Shown here piece after piece: positions 39,882-49,138 of a stretch of 64,000 nt of DNA (positions within the stretch are counted from its first letter, which is position 1; each line of letters begins with the position of its first letter). The DNA is from Bacteroidales bacterium (lineage in GTDB: Bacteria; Bacteroidota; Bacteroidia; Bacteroidales; UBA3663). The notes under the pieces were generated by a model. It was not told the origin of the DNA and made no database searches. It was given only the letters and a program-made list of their open reading frames with translations. The stretch spans positions 10,364-74,363 of the forward strand of contig JAZQPJ010000097.1 in the NCBI GenBank assembly GCA_045628525.1, in the 5' to 3' direction. The translations under genes were made by a program, and so were the position numbers.

Positions 39882-39889
39882 TTTTTTGG

Positions 39890-42595
39890 TCACTCAATCT
39901 CGACTACCGTGATGCCTGCGCCACCCAGCTGCACATGTTCGTCGTGGTAGTTGGCGATGCCGGGGAGGGAGCTGAGGTACTGGCGGATGGCTGTGCGGAG
40001 CGCACCAGTGCCCGTGCCGTGCAGGATGCGCACCTGACCCATGGAGAGGAGGATGGCATCGTCGAGGAAGTACATCACCGCCTGCAGGGCCTCATCGGCA
40101 CGCATACCACGAACGTCGAGCTCCTGCTTGAAGGCTTTGCGACGCTCGCTCATCACATCGACGGCGCCCTTGCCTATGGTGTCCCTAAAAGGGAGGCGCT
40201 CGGCGAGATGCGAGAATGGAGAGGAGGCGGCATCGCGCTTCACCTGATTCTTCGACACTACCTCGAGGCGGCTGATATCGACATAGCTCTTGATCAAGCC
40301 GAAAGCCACCTGGCACTGGCGGCCGCTGACAGCAAGGACCTCGCCCACGGTCTGCTGGCCTTTGAGGCGAACCATTGCTCCTGTTTCCAGGAGCGTTGTT
40401 GTGCTATTTTGTTGTTTTGTTGTTGTGTTATTGTCGGATGAAGAAGAGGACTGCTGACCTGCCCCCTTCGAAGGAGAGTCGGGACGAGTCTTGGTCTTCT
40501 CTTTGAACTTCTCATGCTCCGCACGAATCTTGCGCGTAGCCTCCTTTTCGGCCTGAGCCTCCTTGATGTCCTTGATGGTCTTCTCGATGCGGGCGTTGGC
40601 TTGCTGCAGGAGGGACGAAGCCTCGGAGCGGGCCCGCTCCATCACCTCCTGACGCTTCTGCTTCAGTTCGCGGGTCTTCTCGTCGTACTCCTGCGTCTTC
40701 TGCTCCAGCTCCTTCTCCTGCTGATGCACCTTCTGGCGCTTCTGCTCCCAGTAACGCTTGTCGCGACTGATGTCCTGCAGGTACTTGTCCATGTTGACGT
40801 AGTCGCTGCCCACGATGCGCTTGGCCTCCTCGATGACATCGTTGGGCAGGCCGATCTTGTGAGCAATCTCGAGGGCGAACGAAGAACCCGGGCGACCCAC
40901 TTCGAGGCGGAACAGAGGTCGCATCTCGCCACGATCGTAGAGCATGGCACCATTGACGATGCCAGGAGTCTCATCAGCAAAGAGCTTGAGGTTGGTGAAG
41001 TGCGTGGTGATCACGCCATTGACCTGCTGGTTGTTGAGCTTGCCGAGCAGGGCCTGGGCGATGGCACCACCGATCTGAGGCTCGGTGCCGCTGCCGAACT
41101 CATCGATCAAGACCAGCGTGCCGTTTGAGCCGACGAACTGGCCGTGGGGACGACGGTAGCCATTGCTGTTGCGCACGAAGAACTTCATGTTCTGCAAGTG
41201 GCTGGAGTAGGTCGAGAGGTCGTTGTCGATGCTCTGCTCGTCGCCAATATCGACGAAGATGTGGTCGAAGATGGCGCACGAGGAGTTGTCCTTCATCGGC
41301 ACAGCCAGGCCATGCTGCAGCATGTACTGCACGAGGCCCAACGTCTCAAGGCACACCGACTTACCGCCCGCATTCGGGCCAGAAATGAGCACGATGCGCT
41401 GCTTCTTGTGGTCGAGCAGGATGTCGAGCGGGACGACCACCTTAGGACGGGGAATCTCCTGCTCCACTCCGTCCGCATCGACCACACGGCGATGGGTGGC
41501 GCGATACTGCTGTTCCCAGTCGCGCGGAATGGCAAAGCCGCCCTCGCCATTGGGATAGATGCCCAGGCGCTCGTTGTGCCGCTTATACCTTATATATAAT
41601 AATGGGTGGCGCGCCTGTACCCAGTCGGTGATGTTCTGGTCGCTGAGGGTAGGCACGATGCCCTCGATGCTCTGGGCAAAGCGCACCTTGGCACGGAGGA
41701 AATCGACCTCGCCGAGGAAGTCGTAACCCGACAGCATATTGTCCACCTCGGGACGAATCAGGTTGGCAATGCCGGTGAGGATGCGGATGATCTCCTGACG
41801 CTCCTCGCCCTCGAGCTCGCGGATGCGGTTGTTGGCCTCCACCACCTCGGCAGGCTCCACGTAGAGGGTCTTGCCGGTGGCCGACTCGTCGTGTACGATG
41901 CCCCGGAGCTTGCGCTTGCTCGATGGCGGAATGGGGATGACCAAGCGGCCATCGCGCATGGTGGGGGCGGTGTCCTTATCGACGATGCCCTCAGCCTGAG
42001 CCGAGCGCAGGATGCCATTGAGCAGACGACCGATGCTGGAGAGGTTGCGCGCCATCTCGTGACGGATCTCGGCCAGCTGTGGCGAGGCATTGTCACGAAT
42101 CTCGCCCGTGGGAGTGAGCGTCTGGTCGATCTTGCGGATGATGTCGGGGAAGGTGAGCACGTCGGCTGCCAGCTCGCGCAACAAGGGGAAACGCTCAGAG
42201 AAACTGATGTTGGCCGAGCCGCCCATGCCGTCATCGAGGCGGAACTCCTGACCCTCGCGCGGATTGAGATAATGCACAAGTGCCTCGATGGTGCGGAGCG
42301 AGCGCATCAGGTCGTAGAGCTCCTCGGTCTCCATGAAGGTGCCGGCGAGGCGCACTCGCTTGAGGGCGGCGGTGAGGTCGAAGAAATGATCGGTAGGCAG
42401 AGGCTGCGAGGCCTGTTCGATGAGCGTCTTCATCTCGGACAGGAGACTGAGCTCATGCTGCAGGGCGCGACGGTCGGTGAGGAACTGCATCTCATCGACA
42501 CGCTGGGCTCCCAGCGCACATAGGGTGCTCTGGCGCACCATGTTGCGGATCTTGTCAAATCCGAGTTTTTCTTCGAAGTTATTGGGATAGATCAT
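39890..42595 (-). CDS. mutS2: Endonuclease MutS2 (MutS domain V ATPase plus C-terminal Smr domain)
   Basis: 901 aa. Walker A ISGPNAGGKS, DEFGSGTEP, and a C-terminal Smr-type block LDVRGMRADEAL...ILHGTGTGALR. Confidence 0.92.
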   Translation of the reverse strand: MIYPNNFEEKLGFDKIRNMVRQSTLCALGAQRVDEMQFLTDRRALQHELSLLSEMKTLIEQASQPLPTDHFFDLTAALKRVRLAGTFMETEELYDLMRSLRTIEALVHYLNPREGQEFRLDDGMGGSANISFSERFPLLRELAADVLTFPDIIRKIDQTLTPTGEIRDNASPQLAEIRHEMARNLSSIGRLLNGILRSAQAEGIVDKDTAPTMRDGRLVIPIPPSSKRKLRGIVHDESATGKTLYVEPAEVVEANNRIRELEGEERQEIIRILTGIANLIRPEVDNMLSGYDFLGEVDFLRAKVRFAQSIEGIVPTLSDQNITDWVQARHPLLYIRYKRHNERLGIYPNGEGGFAIPRDWEQQYRATHRRVVDADGVEQEIPRPKVVVPLDILLDHKKQRIVLISGPNAGGKSVCLETLGLVQYMLQHGLAVPMKDNSSCAIFDHIFVDIGDEQSIDNDLSTYSSHLQNMKFFVRNSNGYRRPHGQFVGSNGTLVLIDEFGSGTEPQIGGAIAQALLGKLNNQQVNGVITTHFTNLKLFADETPGIVNGAMLYDRGEMRPLFRLEVGRPGSSFALEIAHKIGLPNDVIEEAKRIVGSDYVNMDKYLQDISRDKRYWEQKRQKVHQQEKELEQKTQEYDEKTRELKQKRQEVMERARSEASSLLQQANARIEKTIKDIKEAQAEKEATRKIRAEHEKFKEKTKTRPDSPSKGAGQQSSSSSDNNTTTKQQNSTTTLLETGAMVRLKGQQTVGEVLAVSGRQCQVAFGLIKSYVDISRLEVVSKNQVKRDAASSPFSHLAERLPFRDTIGKGAVDVMSERRKAFKQELDVRGMRADEALQAVMYFLDDAILLSMGQVRILHGTGTGALRTAIRQYLSSLPGIANYHDEHVQLGGAGITVVEIE

Positions 42596-42631
42596 GATTC
42601 AAATATCAAATTACAAATGACAAATGTCATT

Positions 42632-43255
42632 TTAGCTCAGTGCGCCCACTCCCTGCCGGAGAATCATGGGCTCCTCGCCCGTCAGGTCCACGACCGTCGA
42701 GGGATTATCTTCGCCATATCCGCCATCGATGAGAATGTCGGCCTGGTGCTGGAACGCCTCTTCGATCAGGAAGGGATCGGTCATGTAGCTCACAGCGTCG
42801 GCATCATCAGCATCGACAGGGGCCTTGAGCGAGGTGGTGAGCAGAGGCGTGTCGAGCTCTTCGAGCAACGCCTGGAGGATTTTGTTATCGACAATGCGGA
42901 TGCCTACCGTCTTGCGGCTGCGGAACACCTTGGGCAACCTCAACCCGGCTTCGAGGATGAAGGTGAAGGGGCCGGGCACATGGCGGTGCATCAGTTTGAA
43001 CTGCTCCTTCGAGATGCGGGTGTATTCGTTGGCCTGCGAAATGTCGCGACAGATGATCGAGAGCGCACCCTCGCGCGCCTCCTCCTTGCGGTACTGGTAG
43101 ATGCGCTCCACGGCACGCTGGTTGAGCGCGTCGCACCCGATGGCATAGACCGAGTCGGTGGGATAGATCACCACGCCGCCATCGCGGATCACCTGGGCGA
43201 TGTCCTGCAGGATGCGGGGGTTGGGATTGTTGGCGTAGAGTTTGTAGGTTTGCAT
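42632..43255 (-). CDS. tsaC: L-threonylcarbamoyladenylate synthase (YrdC/TsaC family)
   Basis: 207 aa. VIYPTDSVYAIGCDALNQRAVERI and the overall YrdC-domain pattern. Confidence 0.85.
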   Translation of the reverse strand: MQTYKLYANNPNPRILQDIAQVIRDGGVVIYPTDSVYAIGCDALNQRAVERIYQYRKEEAREGALSIICRDISQANEYTRISKEQFKLMHRHVPGPFTFILEAGLRLPKVFRSRKTVGIRIVDNKILQALLEELDTPLLTTSLKAPVDADDADAVSYMTDPFLIEEAFQHQADILIDGGYGEDNPSTVVDLTGEEPMILRQGVGALS

Positions 43256-43278
43256 GTCTCAGTTCCTATTACATGCTG

Positions 43279-43286
43279 CAAAGATA
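43279..43286 (-). promoter_or_regulatory. -7 promoter box TATCTTTG for the tsaC-mutS2 unit
   Basis: The complement of caaagata is a perfect TAnnTTTG, 24 nt upstream of ATG 43255. Confidence 0.5.
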
Positions 43287-43349
43287 GCGACTTTCTGCGA
43301 AAACTCCAAATTCTGCCCCCTTTTTATTGCAGAAGTCGGAAAAACTGCC

Positions 43350-43357
43350 TATCTTTG
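43350..43357 (+). promoter_or_regulatory. -7 promoter box TATCTTTG, only 4 nt before the start codon
   Basis: The sequence reads TATCTTTG-ccgc-ATG (ATG 43362). This predicts a leaderless or near-leaderless mRNA. Confidence 0.45.
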
Positions 43358-43361
43358 CCGC

Positions 43362-44630
43362 ATGAAAATAGCCATTATCGGTGCTGGCGCCGCCGGATGT
43401 TTCTGCGCCGTGAACTTGAAGCGAATGCTTCGCGATGCCCATGTGGAGGTGTTCGAGGCAGGTTCGCGCCCTTTGGCCAAGGTGGCCATAACGGGTGGCG
43501 GCCGCTGCAATCTGACCAACACCTTCCGCGATGTGCGCAGCCTTCAGCAGGTATATCCACGCGGACACAAGCTGATGAAGAGGCTGTTCCACCAGTTCGA
43601 CCACGAGCAGCTGATGGCATGGTTCGAAGCCGAGGGCGTGCGACTCACGGTGCAGGAGGACCAGTGCGTGTTCCCGGCCAGCCAGGATGCCATGCAGATC
43701 GTGAACACCCTGCTCTCGGCCATGCAGCGCGAGGGGGTGGTGCTGCGATGCGGGCAGAGGGTGGTGGAAGTGGCAACAACCACCACCGCACCCCGCTACC
43801 GCCTCACTACTTCCAGCCGTAGTGCCCTCTACGATGCCGTCATCGTGACCACTGGCGGCTCGCCCAAGGCTTCGGGCCTCGACTTCCTGCAGCCGCTGGG
43901 GCTGGAGATTGAGGCACCCGTGCCGTCGCTCTTCACCTTCAAACTCAACAGCCCCATCACCGAACTGATGGGCGTGGTGGTGGAGGAGACTGTCGTGACG
44001 CTGGCAGGCACCAAGATGAAGGCCGAGGGGCCGTTGCTCATCACCCATTGGGGCATGTCGGGCCCTGCCATCCTGAAGCTGTCGAGCCATGCTGCACGCC
44101 TCCTGGCCGAACAGCAATACCGGGCGCAGCTCAATGTGAACTGGCTCGCCGGGCAGAACGAGGAAGCTGTGCGCCAACAATTGGAACAACTCCTGCAGGA
44201 CAATCCGCAGAAGCAGATCGGCAGCGTACACCTCACCACCGACCACAAACTGAAGACCGGCGCCACCTCGCCCCTCACCACCCGCCTGTGGCATTATCTG
44301 CTCAACGCCAGCGGCATTGCCCCCGAACGTCGTTGCGCCGAGGTGGGACACAAACAGCTCAACCGCCTGGCCTCGACCCTGACATGCGACACTTACCAGC
44401 TGGCCGGACAGAGCCGCTTCAAGGAGGAGTTCGTCACCTGCGGAGGTGTGGCATTGAGCAACATCGACCCCAACACGCTGGAGTGCCGCCAGCATCCCGG
44501 CCTCTATCTGGCTGGTGAGGTGCTCGACGTGGATGCCGTCACCGGCGGCTTCAACCTGCAGGCTGCCTGGACCATGGGCTACTGCATTGCTATGGCTCTG
44601 ACCGATAGCGGCAATCGACAACAACAATAG
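43362..44630 (+). CDS. NAD(P)/FAD-dependent oxidoreductase (HI0933/BaiN-like flavoprotein)
   Basis: Start at MKIAIIGAGAAGCF (Rossmann GxGxxG at the N-terminus). Block ITGGGRCNLTN. 422 aa. Stop is TAG 44628-44630. Confidence 0.88.
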   Translation: MKIAIIGAGAAGCFCAVNLKRMLRDAHVEVFEAGSRPLAKVAITGGGRCNLTNTFRDVRSLQQVYPRGHKLMKRLFHQFDHEQLMAWFEAEGVRLTVQEDQCVFPASQDAMQIVNTLLSAMQREGVVLRCGQRVVEVATTTTAPRYRLTTSSRSALYDAVIVTTGGSPKASGLDFLQPLGLEIEAPVPSLFTFKLNSPITELMGVVVEETVVTLAGTKMKAEGPLLITHWGMSGPAILKLSSHAARLLAEQQYRAQLNVNWLAGQNEEAVRQQLEQLLQDNPQKQIGSVHLTTDHKLKTGATSPLTTRLWHYLLNASGIAPERRCAEVGHKQLNRLASTLTCDTYQLAGQSRFKEEFVTCGGVALSNIDPNTLECRQHPGLYLAGEVLDVDAVTGGFNLQAAWTMGYCIAMALTDSGNRQQQ

Positions 44631-44778
44631 CAGTCATCGACACCGTACGAAAATGATGTTAGCACGGGTCAATACTTGTCGAATATAGAATGTCAAGTAG
44701 AGTTTACTTTGCACGCATTTTTATACAATAAGGATGGGAAAAAGCCGATGGACAGTTCCATCGTCTCGGAAAAATCAG

Positions 44779-44786
44779 TAAATTTG
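44779..44786 (+). promoter_or_regulatory. -7 promoter box TAAATTTG
   Basis: Perfect TAnnTTTG, 80 nt upstream of ATG 44866. Confidence 0.4.
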
Positions 44787-44865
44787 CGCCGCTAAAATAG
44801 GCATTCGTGCGTATGTATGCATTAGTAACGACGCAAATTCAATAATTAAAACTAATACTAATCAA

Positions 44866-46344
44866 ATGTTCAAAAGTTTCCAGGGAGCTCATGTGATTGA
44901 CTCCTACCACAAGAACAAGGCGAAGAAGCGCTTCCAGATGGATGCCTACGTCAAGGCAATCATCGCGGCTATCGTTTCGATCATCATCGCCTGCCTTCCT
45001 ACCGAGATGCTGGGCATCGCTGGTCTCGATGCCGTACAGCAGCGCGTTATCGCCATCTTCGTTTTCGCAGCCGTGATGTGGCTCACCGAGGCCATCCCAT
45101 CGTGGTGTACCTCAGTGCTCATCATCGTAGTGATGCTCTTCACCATCAGCGACAAGGGTCTGACCTGCTTCATGGGTGTACCTGAGGCTACATACGTGCC
45201 ATACAAGAACCTCATGCACTGCTTTGCCGATCCTACCATCCTGCTCTTCATCGGTGGTTTCGTATTGGCTATCGGCATGACCAAGACCAAGCTCGATGTA
45301 GTGCTCGCCAAGAAGCTCCTTGCTCCATTCGGCACCAACCCATCGACCGTACTGCTCGGCTTCATCGTCGTTACCGCCATCTTCTCGGCATTCGTTTCGA
45401 ACACCGCCACCGCAGCTATGATGCTCGCCTTCCTGGCTCCTGTGCTCCGCGCTATGCCTGAAGGTTCGAAGGACCGTACCGCACTTGCCCTGGCCATCCC
45501 TATCGGTGCCAACATCGGTGGTATCGCCACTCCTATCGGTACTCCTCCTAACACCATCGTACTCGGTTACCTCAACGAGACCCTCGGCCTCAGCATCTCA
45601 TTCGGTGAGTGGATGCTCAAGATGGTACCATTCGTGGTGATCCTGCTCGTATTCGGCTGGGCATTGCTCAAGATGCTCTTCCCATTCCAGCAGAAGGAGA
45701 TCAAGCTGCAGATCGATGGTGAGTTCGAGTCAACGCCACACGCTTGGATCGTAATCGTTACCTTCGTCGTTACCATCTTCCTGTGGTGCTTCGGCGACCT
45801 GCTCGGCTGGGGTCTCAACTCTAACATCGTAGCCCTCCTGCCAGTAGCTGCATTCGCTGTGACTGGCGTATTCACCAAGCATGACCTTGAGGAGATCAAC
45901 TGGTCAGTGCTCTGGATGGTTGCCGGTGGTTTCGCCCTTGGCGTTGCCCTCAACACCACCAAGCTCTCTTCAGTGCTCGTGGCTTCGATTCCATTCGATC
46001 AGTGGAGCCCACTCCTCGTGATGATCATTTCGGGTCTCGTATGCTTCGGCTTCTCTAACTTCATCAGCCACTCGGCTGCTGCTTCGCTCCTTACCCCAGT
46101 GCTCGGCGTGGTTGCCGGCGCCATGGTGGCTGGCGGCACCCTCGACCAGGGCGGTATGGCACAGATGCTCATCGGCGTTGCCATCGCAGCTTCTGTATCA
46201 ATGATCCTGCCTATCTCTACTCCTCCGAATGCCATCGCCCACTCTACTGGCTTCATTCAGCAGTCAGAGATGATGAAGGTCGGCATCATCGTAGGCCTCG
46301 CCGGTCTGGTGATCGGTTATGCCTGGATGTTCCTTGTATTCTAA
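44866..46344 (+). CDS. SLC13/DASS family anion:sodium symporter
   Basis: 492 aa, polytopic. Contains SNTATAAMM and PISTPPNAI hairpin motifs. An alternative start is ATG 44938. Confidence 0.88.
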   Translation: MFKSFQGAHVIDSYHKNKAKKRFQMDAYVKAIIAAIVSIIIACLPTEMLGIAGLDAVQQRVIAIFVFAAVMWLTEAIPSWCTSVLIIVVMLFTISDKGLTCFMGVPEATYVPYKNLMHCFADPTILLFIGGFVLAIGMTKTKLDVVLAKKLLAPFGTNPSTVLLGFIVVTAIFSAFVSNTATAAMMLAFLAPVLRAMPEGSKDRTALALAIPIGANIGGIATPIGTPPNTIVLGYLNETLGLSISFGEWMLKMVPFVVILLVFGWALLKMLFPFQQKEIKLQIDGEFESTPHAWIVIVTFVVTIFLWCFGDLLGWGLNSNIVALLPVAAFAVTGVFTKHDLEEINWSVLWMVAGGFALGVALNTTKLSSVLVASIPFDQWSPLLVMIISGLVCFGFSNFISHSAAASLLTPVLGVVAGAMVAGGTLDQGGMAQMLIGVAIAASVSMILPISTPPNAIAHSTGFIQQSEMMKVGIIVGLAGLVIGYAWMFLVF

Positions 46345-46411
46345 TTCTTTATTGAAAACAAATATGAAGGGATCTCTTCTGGAGGTCCCTTCAAATACAT
46401 TTATAGCAAGT

Positions 46412-47569
46412 ATGAAAAAGTTTTTTGCTTTCGCAATGGCCGTTGCCATGGCAATGCCATTGATGGCCAATGAGCCAGAGACCTCTGAGTTCGGCAGCGA
46501 GGAGGCATTGGAGTCGGGCTTCTTCACCGAGGCACTCAACAACGCCATCGCCAGCAGCATGGAGGCCTATCCTTCTGCAGTACCCGCAGCTGCTCCTGCT
46601 GAGCAGTCAATGAACTATGGTCGCACCGTCACCGATTTCGTTTCTGCCCCTAAGTTCGGCGGTTATGTCATCGGCAAGTATAGCTATAGCGATCAGGACG
46701 GCAAGCATGGCGGTGATGGCTTCAACCAGCGCCTTGTCCGCTTCTACGTCGATGGCACCATCCTCAAGGATTTCGCCTATCGCATCCAGCTCCAGACCAA
46801 CAATGCCGGCTTCCACATGAAGGACTTCTTCGTGGAGTGGCGCAAGTATAAGTTCGCACAGATCAAGGTTGGCCAATTCAAGCGTGCCTTCGGCTTCGAG
46901 AACCCAATGAACCCATGGGACATCTCGACCGGCGACTACTCGCTCATGACCAAGTTGCTCACCGGCCACAACGATTACCTCGGTGCCGATGCTGCCTCAA
47001 ACGGCGGTCGTGACCAGGGTATCCAGGTACAGGGTGATTTCATGCCATTCGGCGCCGACAACCACAACCTGTTCCACTACCAGCTCATGGTATCAAACGG
47101 TCCTGGCATCAACGTGAGTGACAACGACGGCAAGAAGGACATCACCGGCACGCTGCAGGTACAGCCTATTAAGGGTCTCTTCCTCGGCGTATTCGGTTGG
47201 AAGGGTACTTTCCGCAATGCTTCAGGCGACCACAGCCGCAACCGCTATGCTTTCGGTGCCAAGTATGACAAGAATGGATGGTGCGCCCGCACAGAGTACG
47301 CTCATGGCCAGTCAGACCTCGGCAATGCTGATGCCTGGTATGTAGTAGGCGCTGCTCCTATCAACGATTGGTTCCGACTCTCGGCACAGTACCAGACCGC
47401 TCGCAAGACCAAGTCTTGGCAGAATGCCCAGTGCGTCTATTCGCTCATCCCAGAGTTCCAGCTCCACAAGAACCTGAAGCTCCAGCTCCAGTACAACTGG
47501 AACGACAACCGTGGTGCTGCCGACAAGCACTACAATGAGTTCTGGGTCGAGACCTATTTCCGCTTCTAA
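46412..47569 (+). CDS. Outer-membrane porin (OprO/P-like beta-barrel)
   Basis: Start at MKKFFAFAMAVAMAMPLMA (ATG 46412). Alternating beta-strand pattern with C-terminal ...WVETYFRF (aromatic terminal residue). Confidence 0.75.
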   Translation: MKKFFAFAMAVAMAMPLMANEPETSEFGSEEALESGFFTEALNNAIASSMEAYPSAVPAAAPAEQSMNYGRTVTDFVSAPKFGGYVIGKYSYSDQDGKHGGDGFNQRLVRFYVDGTILKDFAYRIQLQTNNAGFHMKDFFVEWRKYKFAQIKVGQFKRAFGFENPMNPWDISTGDYSLMTKLLTGHNDYLGADAASNGGRDQGIQVQGDFMPFGADNHNLFHYQLMVSNGPGINVSDNDGKKDITGTLQVQPIKGLFLGVFGWKGTFRNASGDHSRNRYAFGAKYDKNGWCARTEYAHGQSDLGNADAWYVVGAAPINDWFRLSAQYQTARKTKSWQNAQCVYSLIPEFQLHKNLKLQLQYNWNDNRGAADKHYNEFWVETYFRF

Positions 47570-47647
47570 CCAAGCCCCCAAAGGATCATAGTCCTAATCT
47601 CCTATGATCTCTTTGATGGAATAAGATTGACAAAAGACAAGTAAAAT

Positions 47648-47695
47648 AATCGCCCTATCTCTAAACCATCCTATGGCGCAGATAGGGCGATTTTC
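47648..47695 (+). terminator. Rho-independent terminator
   Basis: 12-bp stem aatcgccctatc (47648-47659) / gatagggcgatt (47681-47692), running into tttt. Confidence 0.7.
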
Positions 47696-47722
47696 CATTC
47701 ACGATGGTATTAGACTCACACG

Positions 47723-49132
47723 ATGGCATTTGATTCGATCATCTTCTTTCTCTTCCTCGGCATCGTCCTCACACTCTATTGGATGCTCCTTGGCCACACC
47801 CGGAGGCAGAACCTTTTGCTTCTGGCAGCCAGCTATGTGTTCTATGGATGGTGGGATTGGCGTTTCCTGGGGCTGATCGTCTTCACCACGCTCAGCAGCT
47901 TCTGCTGCGCCCTGGCCATCGAGCACAGCATGGCACAGGGTCGCCACCGTCTTGCCTCGTGGGCCAATGCCCTCAACATCGTGGTAAATCTGGGCATCCT
48001 GGCGCTGTTCAAATACTACGACTTCTTCTGCGCCAGCATGCTCTCCGTGCTGTCAGCCATGGGCATCACGGCCGACTGGCCCCTGCTGCACCTCATCCTG
48101 CCCGTCGGCATCAGCTTTTACACGTTCCAGTCGCTCAGCTATACCATCGACGTGCGTCGCGGCACCTTGCCGGCCACCCGTCAGCTCCTCGACTATGCCA
48201 CCTATCTGGCGTTCTTTCCCCAACTCGTAGCCGGACCTATCGAGCGTGCCACCCACCTGTTGCCGCAGTTCGCTCGTCGTCGCGTCTTCGATCGTCAGGA
48301 GGCGGTCGAGGGCTTCCGGCTGATGCTCTGGGGATTCTTCAAGAAGATCGTCATTGCCGACAACTGCGCCACCACCGCCGAACTGATCTTCCGCGACTAT
48401 GACCATCTGGGCACATTGGCTTTGCTCTATGGTGCCGTGGTCTTTGCCTTCCAGATCTATGCCGACTTCTCTGGCTACAGCGACATCGCCATCGGCACCG
48501 CCCGTCTGTTCGGCATCCGGCTGTCGCAGAATTTCAATTGTCCCTACCTCGCCTCCAGCATCCCCGACTTCTGGCGTCGCTGGCATATCTCGCTCACCAG
48601 CTGGTTTCGCGATTACGTCTATTTCCCCTTGGGCGGCAGTCGCCGAGGCCGTTGGCGCACGTTCCGCAACACCCTCATCATCTTCGGGCTAAGCGGCTTG
48701 TGGCATGGAGCCAACTGGACGTTCGTCTGCTGGGGGCTATATCACGGCTTGCTCTTTTTCCCCTACAATATGCGCTGGCTCAAGGCTCACTCAGATAATT
48801 CATTGGTGGACAGTAGCCTTCTTTCCGTTGCCAGCGTCTGGGGGCAACGGCTCCTCACCTTCCTTTTGGTCTGCATCGGCTGGATACTCTTCCGTGCCGA
48901 CTCCATCCAGACCGCCAGCCAGTACCTCGGCCGCCTGTTCACGCAGTTCGACCTTGCCATCCCCTACTCCAAGTCCATCATGCTGTATGTCCTGCTGATG
49001 CTTTGGGCAGAATGGCATCACTGCCCGCTGCCCCGACGCACCTGGTTGCGCTGGACGATCTATTATGCCCTGCTGCTACTCATGCTGTGGAAGGGAACCG
49101 CAGGCAGTCAGTTCATTTACTTCCAATTCTAA
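47723..49132 (+). CDS. MBOAT family O-acyltransferase (AlgI/DltB/PatA-like)
   Basis: 469 aa, polytopic. Blocks ISFYTFQSLSYTIDV, FWRRWHISL and GLWHGANW (conserved His). Confidence 0.9.
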   Translation: MAFDSIIFFLFLGIVLTLYWMLLGHTRRQNLLLLAASYVFYGWWDWRFLGLIVFTTLSSFCCALAIEHSMAQGRHRLASWANALNIVVNLGILALFKYYDFFCASMLSVLSAMGITADWPLLHLILPVGISFYTFQSLSYTIDVRRGTLPATRQLLDYATYLAFFPQLVAGPIERATHLLPQFARRRVFDRQEAVEGFRLMLWGFFKKIVIADNCATTAELIFRDYDHLGTLALLYGAVVFAFQIYADFSGYSDIAIGTARLFGIRLSQNFNCPYLASSIPDFWRRWHISLTSWFRDYVYFPLGGSRRGRWRTFRNTLIIFGLSGLWHGANWTFVCWGLYHGLLFFPYNMRWLKAHSDNSLVDSSLLSVASVWGQRLLTFLLVCIGWILFRADSIQTASQYLGRLFTQFDLAIPYSKSIMLYVLLMLWAEWHHCPLPRRTWLRWTIYYALLLLMLWKGTAGSQFIYFQF

Positions 49133-49138
49133 CGCGCC

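Noticed and set aside
39573-40441. ORFs 39573..39893 (-), 39607..39912 (+), 39611..40441 (+), 39681..39950 (+) and the N-terminal extension of 39134..39874
   Set aside because: They run through the palindromic array. The alternating 42/43-bp period does not preserve a frame, and several frames are open at once. The HTH protein has a sensible start at 39625.
42617-44627. ORFs 42617..43822 (+) and 43269..44627 (-), 401 and 452 aa
   Set aside because: They are antisense to the tsaC-like gene and to the FAD oxidoreductase. They also run across the divergent promoter region, and both are low-complexity translations.
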